DNA from: Sulfolobus acidocaldarius DSM 639
GTDB lineage: Archaea > Thermoproteota > Thermoprotei_A > Sulfolobales > Sulfolobaceae
Assembly: GCF_000012285.1 (NCBI RefSeq)
Contig: NC_007181.1
Location: forward strand, 1,650,001 to 1,682,000
DNA length: 32,000 bases
Reading direction: 5' to 3'
A program made the position numbers and the translations under genes. Of this stretch, positions 11,729 through 19,822 are shown piece by piece; positions within the stretch are counted from its first letter, which is position 1, and the number at the start of each line of letters is the position of its first letter. Under the pieces are notes generated by a model, which had not been told where the DNA came from, searched no databases, and saw only the letters and a list, made by a program, of their open reading frames with translations.

Positions 11729-11757
11729 GTTGAAACGTGAAAATATACACGTTCAAC
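11729..11757 (-). promoter_or_regulatory. Imperfect palindrome around an AT core in the csc1-cas3' gap (internal promoter/operator or RNA hairpin)
   Basis: GTTGAAACGTG-aaaatata-CACGTTCAAC has 10-bp arms with one bulged A. The loop reads TATATTTT on the coding (minus) strand, about 50 nt upstream of the cas3' GTG. It lies in the only sizeable gap (110 nt) in an otherwise overlapping operon. Confidence 0.3.
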
Positions 11758-11803
11758 TGTAGTAGTCTTAAGACCCCTGCAGCGATTATTCATGAATGAC
11801 ACT

Positions 11804-12571
11804 CTACATCGCACTATTATACACCCCTTCTGGTATAGGTAAGCATATCTTAGACCCTCTTGTCACTATCTGAACGCACTCATCGAGGGTAGCCCAGCCT
11901 ATTACACCCTCCTCAATGTTAGGGGTCTCTATTAACTTGGAAGAGGACTTTATCTTATATCCGAACTCCTCTGCGTCTTTGATGTTTACGGGAATATTAG
12001 TCACTTCATCTTTGACCTTCTCTACCTTGAAGTCCTGTATCTCCTTCACATCGACCCTCATAATCCCCCACCTCTTTTTACCTATTCTTATCCACTTAGG
12101 AAGAGGGGGGTTTCCAACTACGATTAAATAAGTGAAAAAGACGCTCTCTGGGGCAAATGCCGTATAGCTTGTCAACCTGGGGTATACGTTCTTTATCCTC
12201 CCCCTGACAGGTAAAGCGTAGCTCCATGACTCTGAGGACATCAGGAAGGACATAGTCTTTATACGCTTAGGCATGAGAGGAAAAGCGTACAGGGAGTCCT
12301 CTTGACCTCTTTTAAACTTACTGATCATATCACTGATGGAGGTATATCTTAGACCTACCTTACCGGCATAAGTTTTTTCATGTAAAGATGGGATCACAAA
12401 GTACGCCTCAGCTGACTTTCCCATTAGCCCATACATTACCGGATAATTGTGTATGTATGGCAAAGGGTTTATGTAAGATCCCTTTGCCTGACCCTGTGAT
12501 ACTGCAGGTCTCACCTCTGTGGAAAATATTAGTACACCTTCTAAGGTGAACTGCGCCTCAAGAACTCTCAT
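11804..12571 (-). CDS. csc1: Csc1 (Cas5d) RAMP subunit of the type I-D complex
   Basis: 255 aa, with a 14-nt overlap with the upstream csc2. The size and position between the Cas7d-like gene and cas3' fit Csc1. The assignment rests mainly on context; I cannot run an HMM search. Confidence 0.7.
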   Translation of the reverse strand: MRVLEAQFTLEGVLIFSTEVRPAVSQGQAKGSYINPLPYIHNYPVMYGLMGKSAEAYFVIPSLHEKTYAGKVGLRYTSISDMISKFKRGQEDSLYAFPLMPKRIKTMSFLMSSESWSYALPVRGRIKNVYPRLTSYTAFAPESVFFTYLIVVGNPPLPKWIRIGKKRWGIMRVDVKEIQDFKVEKVKDEVTNIPVNIKDAEEFGYKIKSSSKLIETPNIEEGVIGWATLDECVQIVTRGSKICLPIPEGVYNSAM

Positions 12572-13613
12572 CTTTAGTCCCTTTCTTGGACTGTACGAAT
12601 AGCTCTATTGACTTCCTGAGGTTAATAGCGTCTTTCCAAGCCTCTAACATTATCTCATGGTCTATGTTACCGTTGTCTGTCAGTTTCTTTACCACTAGGT
12701 CTCCTAAGTCATCGAAAGTGTACACTAATCCCTCCTTACTGAAGTTCTTCACCCTCTCCCTTACCTTTGCGTTCACCTGGTCTACACTGTCCAGACCCTT
12801 AGCGCTGTTGAATAGGTCTAAGCCAGATGACATTTCATAAGGTGATAGTATTACAGCGGGTATCCTTATTTTTACTTTACCGAAGTCTGTGGTATTACCG
12901 CCTATCCTCGCAGTTGTCGCTAAGGACAAAACCAATACACTGAACTCAGCCGGTGTTACGTCCTTCATTGATACTTTACCAACAAATAAGGTACCACCCT
13001 TTACCAATGATAACCTGAATAGACTTCCAGTTCTAGTACCCTCAGTTTCTATAAATGTAGTCTTCGTCGCGTCATCAACTGCGTTAAATGTCCTGACCAC
13101 TACGCTCTTCTGCTCAGGAGTAGTAGCTATGAACAGGTCACCCTCAACTCTGCTCTTTAAGTTGTACTTAGCATCTTCAGCTACAGCAAAGCCGAACGTC
13201 ATACAGTTAGGACACTCTCTGCAAAGTCCACCCATTTTCTCTTCCTCCCTCTTAGCTGCCGATGTGGGTCTAAGCATACAGTTCCAAGGGTTGCTCTTTC
13301 CTCTTAGGGCGTCAATTTCACTTATGTGTTTGTCATAGTCTTTCCTCAATAACGCTAAAAGATTCCTCCTCCATGCCGACTGGATCTTATCATATAATAT
13401 GATTGGATATTTCTCACTTCCCAGTGTTGCTAGTGATATGTCTTCTCCTCCCTCGTGTCTTATCAATAGCTCATTTTCAGCTTGTAATGTGACATAGACA
13501 TTTACTACTCTTCCTCTTGGTATCACAGCGTTTGGGTCTTCTTTACTTAGGTTAGAAAAAAAATCAATGGCTTTATCTCCAAACAAATCCTTCACTAAAT
13601 CTTTACCTTTCAC
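12558..13613 (-). CDS. csc2: Csc2 (Cas7d) backbone subunit of the type I-D complex
   Basis: 351 aa, with a 4-nt overlap with cas10d. The Cys knuckle GGLCRECPNCMTFGFA is one I recognise as characteristic of the Csc2 family, and the length is typical of Cas7. Confidence 0.8.
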   Translation of the reverse strand: MKGKDLVKDLFGDKAIDFFSNLSKEDPNAVIPRGRVVNVYVTLQAENELLIRHEGGEDISLATLGSEKYPIILYDKIQSAWRRNLLALLRKDYDKHISEIDALRGKSNPWNCMLRPTSAAKREEEKMGGLCRECPNCMTFGFAVAEDAKYNLKSRVEGDLFIATTPEQKSVVVRTFNAVDDATKTTFIETEGTRTGSLFRLSLVKGGTLFVGKVSMKDVTPAEFSVLVLSLATTARIGGNTTDFGKVKIRIPAVILSPYEMSSGLDLFNSAKGLDSVDQVNAKVRERVKNFSKEGLVYTFDDLGDLVVKKLTDNGNIDHEIMLEAWKDAINLRKSIELFVQSKKGTKDESS

Positions 13614-16210
13614 TTTTTCTCACCACTCCTTTCGAAATATAAAAACTGTAAGTAGATCCAAGTAGTCAAGGAGTTTGCTATACGTATAGCAAGACTCCTA
13701 TCACTATTATTTTCTATATCGTATAACTTCTCAAAAATATCTCTAAGGGCAAAAAATAGTTTTGACTTGGACTCATCTCTTAATGTGTACTTGCTCTCTA
13801 GGGAACTGATTGCATCACTCACCGCCAAATTGATCCTGTCCTCCTTCTTTAGTGTTAGAGAAGAGGTCCTAAAGAATACGTCAACTCCGTCCCTGAAGAA
13901 ACCTACAACATCGTATTTGGAGGACCTTTTCTTTATTACATTGACTAGTTCTGAGGAAAGGAGATTTATTGAAGAAGATAAGGTTTCACCCATTTCACTC
14001 ACCTCTCCCATTACGAAATCTAAAAAATTTAAATAACGTAAAATTGAGTCGTAAAATTGTTTATTCTCGTCCATTACGGAACCTATTCCCAACCCAAACG
14101 CTATTACAAAAAGTGAGGGGTCAACGGCGTAGTACAAGTCAGATTCCTCCACCATGGAGTTAACGCAATTTTCAATATCACTACCCCTACAGATACTCAC
14201 AAGTGCCTCATACTTAGACTTATATGCTAACAATATGAGCAATGTTCTGTAGTTAACGTCTTTCCTCTCCTTACTGTACGTCATCCAGCTGTAGTTGAAG
14301 ACCGAGTCCACCTTGATCTTACCCTCTTCCATAGGGATGTTCATTATTGTAGACGAGATAAAGACAGGTGAAGCAAGATATACTATGGAAAGTAGTGGAA
14401 CATACCTCATGAGATCATTTACATCAGTTTTGCTTAACCTAGTGGAAATTCTGATATCCTTATCTGTGAAATGCCTATAGGGAACTAGTATCTTTGAACT
14501 CAAGTAACTGACTATTAAGTTTTGGTCTGACCCACTCTTGATATCACCACCGCTACTCTCGAATACATCATAGTAGTATGAGTTTTCCTCAATCATTTGA
14601 AACACATCTCCCTCGTAATCATTACCTACATTTATTGACTCCAAGAGCCTTATCGGTATACCAGGGTAAAAGGAAACTAGTGCGAAAGGTGGTTTTGAAA
14701 CTTTAGAGAGATAGCCTGCCTCAAAGTTACATATTGGGCAGATTTTCCAGTCATCTCTTAGCCTGTCTATGTCATCCATAGCCTTAGCCCTCGGGATGAA
14801 GATCTCTACTGTTCCACCCCTAGCGCCTATAGAGAATCCATATTGGGTAAATCTTGCACTCTCCTCATATATTGGCATACCACAAACTATACAGTAGGAC
14901 ATGGGTTCTTTGACAACCTTTGACAGATCATCTTCAATGTCTCCTCCGAAGGATTTCTTTACAAACGAGAGCAGATTTTGGTCTATAGTCTCTCTCTTCT
15001 GTCCATATAGTTTCTTTAAGACAGGGATTAACTTCTCTAATAATTCCTCAGACTTGAAGGTCTTTACATATTCTTTTGCCTTCCCTAAGCCCAGCTCTTT
15101 CTTGATCTGGTCTTTCTTATTGGACTTCTCAGCAAAGTACAATATTAAAGCCCAAGGCGCTACATCTTTGTACTCTGCCACCAGATCGTCAATAAGCTTC
15201 GAGACACTCTCTGGCTTAAGCAGACCAACTAAGTCCTCAAATGGCTTGCATATTTTTGAGGGGAAAATGGAATTGGGTATTTGTTTTACTCTCTCTTCGT
15301 CGTCTATAACTTCTGGTTTGAGTTCCAACTCTTTGAAAATATCTATGTTCTTTTGTAGGCATTTGTTCAAGTTTTCCTTCACATTGTTTAAATTGTCCTC
15401 ACTGCCAGAGCCATACATTATCTCTTCCATCACATTATACACTTTTGACAGAAATATCGGTTGGGAGTTCACCCTTGAGAGGTAAACTAACCCGTCGGTA
15501 TAGGAGATTAATGGGACAGCCTCTGACTTCAACTGTTCTACCAAACGCTTGGAGGCAATAAGTGTGAATAACCTGGGAGAAGAAGATAAAGTCCTCAACT
15601 CAATTCCGTACACACTTTTCAGAGCATTTATAGCCTGTAAATAGCTGGGAGAGTTCATGAAGTAATAGACATCGTTAACACTCCTGATATCGCTTATCAT
15701 CAACATGTCCCCTAACTTCACTGCTATCCATAGGGGTAGATGTAGAGTATCTGGTAGTGGACCCTCAGCAGTAAGGGCTATCCTCCTTATAAAGAGGTCA
15801 GGTTTAATATTGGGGTTCTTAGTTAGCTCAGCTATCCTTGTTATTATAGCCCTTGCTTCCTCCTCTTTTTTAGCCATTCTGTCCTCCTTATTTTGAACAG
15901 ACTCATCTTCACCGGGTAACTTATTCCAGTCATGGATAAACCCGCCAAAGAAGCAGAGTTGCTCCCATGGTATGGAATATGTTTTAGAAAGAGTATCAAG
16001 AGTCGTCTTACCTGTATCACTCATTTCATAGATTGTCCTACATATCTCGTAAGCTATAGTGCCAACTGATATTGTGTGGAACGCGAAGCTCTGTGGAGAA
16101 CGGACTTTAGCCTCTCTGACACCTTCCTTGAACGTGATGGAGCTCAAAGCAGTTTTCACTAAATCATTGTATTCCATAATAGTTGTATCCTTCTCCACAT
16201 ATAAAAACAT
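13610..16210 (-). CDS. cas10d: Cas10d (Csc3) large subunit with an N-terminal HD nuclease domain, the type I-D signature
   Basis: 866-aa ORF. HD motifs are present (FHTISVG ... GGFIHDWNK), as are Zn-ribbon-like Cys pairs (SYCIVCG ... KICPICN). The true start is probably ATG 16177 (MEYNDLV...), because a strong TATA box, TTTTTATAT (16199-16207, minus strand), lies inside the first 11 codons of the longest ORF, about 26 nt upstream of that ATG (leaderless mRNA). Confidence 0.85.
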   Translation of the reverse strand: MFLYVEKDTTIMEYNDLVKTALSSITFKEGVREAKVRSPQSFAFHTISVGTIAYEICRTIYEMSDTGKTTLDTLSKTYSIPWEQLCFFGGFIHDWNKLPGEDESVQNKEDRMAKKEEEARAIITRIAELTKNPNIKPDLFIRRIALTAEGPLPDTLHLPLWIAVKLGDMLMISDIRSVNDVYYFMNSPSYLQAINALKSVYGIELRTLSSSPRLFTLIASKRLVEQLKSEAVPLISYTDGLVYLSRVNSQPIFLSKVYNVMEEIMYGSGSEDNLNNVKENLNKCLQKNIDIFKELELKPEVIDDEERVKQIPNSIFPSKICKPFEDLVGLLKPESVSKLIDDLVAEYKDVAPWALILYFAEKSNKKDQIKKELGLGKAKEYVKTFKSEELLEKLIPVLKKLYGQKRETIDQNLLSFVKKSFGGDIEDDLSKVVKEPMSYCIVCGMPIYEESARFTQYGFSIGARGGTVEIFIPRAKAMDDIDRLRDDWKICPICNFEAGYLSKVSKPPFALVSFYPGIPIRLLESINVGNDYEGDVFQMIEENSYYYDVFESSGGDIKSGSDQNLIVSYLSSKILVPYRHFTDKDIRISTRLSKTDVNDLMRYVPLLSIVYLASPVFISSTIMNIPMEEGKIKVDSVFNYSWMTYSKERKDVNYRTLLILLAYKSKYEALVSICRGSDIENCVNSMVEESDLYYAVDPSLFVIAFGLGIGSVMDENKQFYDSILRYLNFLDFVMGEVSEMGETLSSSINLLSSELVNVIKKRSSKYDVVGFFRDGVDVFFRTSSLTLKKEDRINLAVSDAISSLESKYTLRDESKSKLFFALRDIFEKLYDIENNSDRSLAIRIANSLTTWIYLQFLYFERSGEKK
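16199..16207 (-). promoter_or_regulatory. TATA box of the interference operon (cas10d)
   Basis: TTTTTATAT on the minus strand is centred about 26 nt upstream of ATG 16177. This is the usual spacing for leaderless Sulfolobales transcripts. Confidence 0.55.
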
Positions 16211-16258
16211 TTCGCCGGGGAAAAGCCCTTACTAAATTGTAGGTTTTCATCAAAATAA

Positions 16259-16266
16259 TTTTTAAA
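16259..16266 (+). promoter_or_regulatory. TATA box of csa3(-cas6)
   Basis: TTTTTAAA is centred about 27 nt upstream of the csa3 ATG (16289). It sits in the 78-bp divergent intergenic region shared with cas10d. Confidence 0.55.
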
Positions 16267-16288
16267 CTTTGAAGTAATAATCTAATAC

Positions 16289-16954
16289 ATGAGTGTAACA
16301 AAAAAGGCATTAGCATTTACCATGGGTTTCACAATCGAGAACCTAGTGAAGGCTATCACAAACAGAGGCATTAACGAGAACGAACAGGTGGTACTGCTCT
16401 CTGTACTCTCAACAGACGAATTCAACAAGAGGAGGTCAGAGGAGGCTATAAGATTCGCCATTGACTATATATCAAAACTAGGGTTAAAATATTTTATTAA
16501 ATATATTGACATTAGTACTTCTTATGAAATGATAATCTCACAGATCCATGAGGTTTTGAGGGACTTCGATGAAGTGGAAATTTACATAATAGGAGGGATG
16601 AGAATATTAGGTCTAGCTTCATATTACTATTCCATTTTGATTTCTCCGTTCAAAAAGATAAGGACAATCTCGTTCACAGAGAACATGGACAACTCGTATG
16701 AACTAATTATAAGAGTACCTAAACCACCGGAGAGCAAAGAGATGATTGAGTTGATGTCTGAGCTGACCCAAATGAGGGAAATAAGGGAGGTCGCATCTAG
16801 GTTAAATAAGACTGTCTCTACTATATCTAAGCAACTGAGCAAAATAAGTGACCTAGTGGAGTGTACAGAAAAGAGACCGAAGATGTGCAAACTCAACGAA
16901 TTAGGGAAGATCCTTCTGGATGAGATGATCAGGCTTGACAGGAGAGGTAGATAA
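16289..16954 (+). CDS. csa3: Csa3-type CRISPR locus regulator (CARF-like N-domain plus winged HTH)
   Basis: 221 aa. The Rossmann-like N-terminal half carries the IIGGMR motif typical of Csa3/CARF proteins, and the C-terminal part is HTH-like (IREVASRLNKTVSTISKQLSKI). It is divergent from the interference operon and immediately upstream of cas6. Confidence 0.8.
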   Translation: MSVTKKALAFTMGFTIENLVKAITNRGINENEQVVLLSVLSTDEFNKRRSEEAIRFAIDYISKLGLKYFIKYIDISTSYEMIISQIHEVLRDFDEVEIYIIGGMRILGLASYYYSILISPFKKIRTISFTENMDNSYELIIRVPKPPESKEMIELMSELTQMREIREVASRLNKTVSTISKQLSKISDLVECTEKRPKMCKLNELGKILLDEMIRLDRRGR

Positions 16955-16955
16955 G

Positions 16956-17798
16956 ATGTATAAGCTTGTGAAGATTAAGGTAAATATACCTACCCCGTTT
17001 ATCACTAATGATTACACAGGGAAGTTTGTCAAGACTGTCCTCATAAATGCCAACCCCGACCTCCAAGAAGTTTTCGAAGGTAAGAAAAAAGTTCAGCCTA
17101 AACCTATGAGAGTTACTTCGCTGTTGGACGAAAACAACGAAGCGGTATACCCTAAGCATATAGTTAACCGATTTGAGATGGACCATAAGCCCAATCTACC
17201 TCCTAAGCCAATTACCATAAAGGGAAAGTTCTCCTTCTATTTGGGATATGATATGTCTCTGGAGCCAGAGGTGAGTAAGGTCATGACGTCTCTGTTCAGC
17301 GGTCTACAAATGAAGTACGGTGAGTTTAACGTAGAGCTTAAGGCTATTGAATATAATCAAGTTGAATTTGATAATTTCCCATCAGAGTTCTCGCAGATAA
17401 AGGTGAAACTGATTACACCATCTATGTTCAAGGACCCCTTTGAGAAGTTGGCTGATTTAGACCGAGTTAAGTATAGGAGATATCTCCCTTTCCCGGCGTT
17501 TATCTTTTCAACTAATGTATTTGAAATTTTCAGGGAGACGTACAAGAGGAATATAATAAGGTTATCGTACGGGCTGTTAGAGTCGCACAACAACCTTAAT
17601 ACTGTGAGGAAGGTCTGGTACTATTATGACGGGAAATGGTTACCGGGTGTAGTCGGTTATTTGAAGTTCTTTGTAAGGAAAGGATTGAGAAAGGAGGTGA
17701 TGAACATTTTTAGGGAGATATTCATTCACGCCAACATTATGGGGGTAGGGACAGGGAGAGCTGCTGGATTCGGGTTCGCAGAGATTACCGCTAAATGA
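16956..17798 (+). CDS. cas6: Cas6 pre-crRNA endoribonuclease
   Basis: The C-terminal glycine-rich loop GVGTGRAAGFGFAEI is the Cas6 hallmark (GhGxxxxxGhG). I prefer ATG 16956 (MYKLVKIKV), which is preceded by GGAGAGGT and starts 1 nt after the csa3 stop, over the track's TTG start at 16935. Confidence 0.9.
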   Translation: MYKLVKIKVNIPTPFITNDYTGKFVKTVLINANPDLQEVFEGKKKVQPKPMRVTSLLDENNEAVYPKHIVNRFEMDHKPNLPPKPITIKGKFSFYLGYDMSLEPEVSKVMTSLFSGLQMKYGEFNVELKAIEYNQVEFDNFPSEFSQIKVKLITPSMFKDPFEKLADLDRVKYRRYLPFPAFIFSTNVFEIFRETYKRNIIRLSYGLLESHNNLNTVRKVWYYYDGKWLPGVVGYLKFFVRKGLRKEVMNIFREIFIHANIMGVGTGRAAGFGFAEITAK

Positions 17799-18141
17799 GA
17801 CGAATGTTACAACGTCTTTCATTGAGAGATGGTGGTGTTTGAGTTAGTTGAATCTGTTTACAATTTAGATGCAAGGGTCAACGTGTTTTCGTCATGAAAA
17901 ATGTTATCTCCACGCTTTCATACACACATATTTTTTGTTGTTAGTCCTTCAGATTAGCATGAAAGTCAACGTAAGGAGAGGCAACTACTGTATGACGAAA
18001 AGGGAAATACGAGAGTAAAATCATTGGTAATGAGAGATGATTACTTAGTTGCAAAAAAGAGCACTTGATATAATTCATGTCTTGTTATCAATTTTGTCCA
18101 TTAATATTGCTTCTCTGAGGAAACTTGAGGTAATTTGTGGA

Positions 18142-18160
18142 TATAATAATCAAACTAAAA
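18142..18160 (+). repeat. Pseudo-repeat psi-a (shortened CRISPR-repeat derivative) upstream of cas2
   Basis: ATAATAATCAAACTAAAAC aligns to GTAATAACGACAAGAAACTAAAAC with 17 matches, 2 mismatches and 5 deleted nt. The last 10 nt (AAACTAAAAC) are identical to the repeat 3' end. It has the same orientation as array 2. Confidence 0.4.
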
Positions 18161-18305
18161 CAGTCTTGCATCATACTTGTTATGAGTCCTTTACGACCGT
18201 AAATTATATTTCCCACCAAAATATGGGTGTTCAAATTTTGATATTGGTCTACATTATGATGACAGATTTTTAAACATGAAAATTATACAATAATAATATT
18301 GTATT

Positions 18306-18596
18306 ATGTACGTGGTTGTGGCGTATGACATTTCAGATGAAAAGGTCAGAGGTAAGGTTAGGAGGTTACTACGCCGTTACGGTCTATCATTTATATCTAG
18401 ATCAGTCTATGCAGGACGACTCTCTTGGAATAGAGCCCTCCTCATATCGGAAAGAGTTGCTAAATATCTTGAAGAGAGAGACTCAGTGGTTATCGTCCCA
18501 GTCCAAAACGTTGACTTCTCAAGAACTCTTATCGTCACCCAGAATAAGATATCAAAGAACGAACTACAAATATACGTTGCCGGCGAGGATATTTGA
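18306..18596 (+). CDS. cas2: Cas2
   Basis: 96 aa. The N-terminus MYVVVAYDISDEKVRGKVRRLLRRYG is the classic Cas2 ferredoxin-fold start with the catalytic Asp. Confidence 0.9.
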   Translation: MYVVVAYDISDEKVRGKVRRLLRRYGLSFISRSVYAGRLSWNRALLISERVAKYLEERDSVVIVPVQNVDFSRTLIVTQNKISKNELQIYVAGEDI

Positions 18597-19086
18597 CGAC
18601 ATATCAGTGTGTAAACTCAGAGGTAAGTACAACCTTTACAAGTACTCACAGGAGAGGGATCTCAGGCTGAGCTATGAGCGTGAAACTGACATTAACTTTG
18701 GTGAAAAGAAGACCCTGGAGATCTACTTCAATTTTGGGGACTGGGCTAAGATAATAGGAGTACCTGATGGTTTAATAAGTAATTTAGCCATTGAGTTCAC
18801 CATTACTAGAAGTGAGGACTTCCCTAGATACCTGTTAATGAGGAGTGTGATATACTCTTACATGTGCATGCAAGACCACATAATATGCTCAACACTGATA
18901 GTGCCGACCACACCTCCGATATTTGAAGACCAACCACTTTTCGGCTACTTGGTAATACCCAACGGGAGGGTCTTGGACTACATTGCTGATCAACTACAAC
19001 GTATAGTTAACGGGAGAGTGGAGGGAAGAAGGAACAAATTCTGTCCATCTTGTATATACAAGAGGATCTGTCCGGAGTGGATGTAA
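18577..19086 (+). CDS. cas4: Cas4-like protein (four-Cys Fe-S pattern; nuclease motifs atypical)
   Basis: One N-terminal Cys (DISVCKLRGKY) plus the C-terminal CPSCIYKRIC (CX2CX5C) give the Cas4 four-Cys pattern. The start is uncertain: TTG 18577 overlaps cas2 by 20 nt, and the track ORF start at 18316 lies wholly inside cas2 in another frame. See the findings for the missing Lys and Gln motifs. Confidence 0.75.
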   Translation: MPARIFDDISVCKLRGKYNLYKYSQERDLRLSYERETDINFGEKKTLEIYFNFGDWAKIIGVPDGLISNLAIEFTITRSEDFPRYLLMRSVIYSYMCMQDHIICSTLIVPTTPPIFEDQPLFGYLVIPNGRVLDYIADQLQRIVNGRVEGRRNKFCPSCIYKRICPEWM

Positions 19087-19106
19087 AACACCCTGATGGT
19101 TATCCT

Positions 19107-19126
19107 GTAATTAAATCAAACTAAAC
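19107..19126 (+). repeat. Pseudo-repeat psi-c 20 nt downstream of the cas4 stop
   Basis: GTAATTAAATCAAACTAAAC begins with GTAAT and ends with ACTAAAC, like the CRISPR repeat. It shares the 12-mer AATCAAACTAAA and the same internal deletion with psi-a (18142-18160), and has the same orientation. Confidence 0.35.
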
Positions 19127-19822
19127 CTTAGGATTGGAGGGAAAAGCTAAAAATAACCTGAAAGACATTCTCTCATAAACGATAACCTGTTGATCAATAC
19201 GTGTCCATTAATTCCAGAGCACGTAGGAGGAAAGTATTACATCTTATTTTAATATCACCACTCCGCAAATAAGTAAGACGGTGTGTACGACGGGAGTATA
19301 CAGTACAAAATATACTAACAAAATGTCTTCCCTAGTCTAAAAGGTTCTTTCTCACAGATACTTGGACTGAAACAGTTACATCATCTATTACACACGTAAG
19401 ATGAAAGCGTCATCTGACCAAATTCATGTACAGGCAAACTCTCGTCCTTATCACAGTGTCCACCCTTTGATATCAGACCAACGTAAACTAGTAATATTGA
19501 GGAAAATTACCTAGGCGCAAGTTAGTATGAAGGCTATATATACAGGGCTCAGACTATTTTCCAACGCTCGGACCAAGTTATTATAAAGGAAGACTAAGGT
19601 TAAGACGGGGACGAGAAAGTGCTCATCCAACAAAATTGTTCTAAATCATTACTAAGGTAATAGACGTATATTATACGCGACTGATCCCGTAAGATTACTG
19701 TGAAGGGCTAACTGTACTACCTTTATAGAGAAACCCTTCCTATATCCACCCTCACTTCTCCTACCACACGAAGTCTTAAGTTAGCTAGACACGTTCATAC
19801 CTGAGCTTACCTCTAATTCATC

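Noticed and set aside
10375-15896. Antisense ORFs within cas3', csc1, csc2 and cas10d (10375-10632, 11413-11610, 11916-12131, 12586-12840, 12889-13338, 13767-14036, 13969-14163, 14295-14480, 14901-15485, 15705-15896)
   Set aside because: All lie opposite well-supported cas genes with recognisable motifs. Their products are Ser/Leu-rich and low-complexity, as is typical of shadow ORFs.
16627-17822. Minus-strand ORFs opposite csa3 and cas6 (16627-16896, 16929-17186, 17357-17593, 17640-17822)
   Set aside because: They are shadow ORFs opposite genes with clear Csa3 and Cas6 signatures.
18049-18273. 74-aa TTG-start ORF in the cas6-cas2 gap
   Set aside because: It has an unconvincing composition, a non-ATG start and no ribosome-binding or promoter logic. 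It overlaps the pseudo-repeat elements, which I consider the more likely meaning of this region.
18316-18576. N-terminal 87-codon extension of the cas4 ORF as given in the track (256 aa)
   Set aside because: It overlaps cas2 entirely in another frame, and its sequence has no Cas4-like features. Cas4 homology begins just before the first Cys, near 18600. The open frame itself is noted in a finding.
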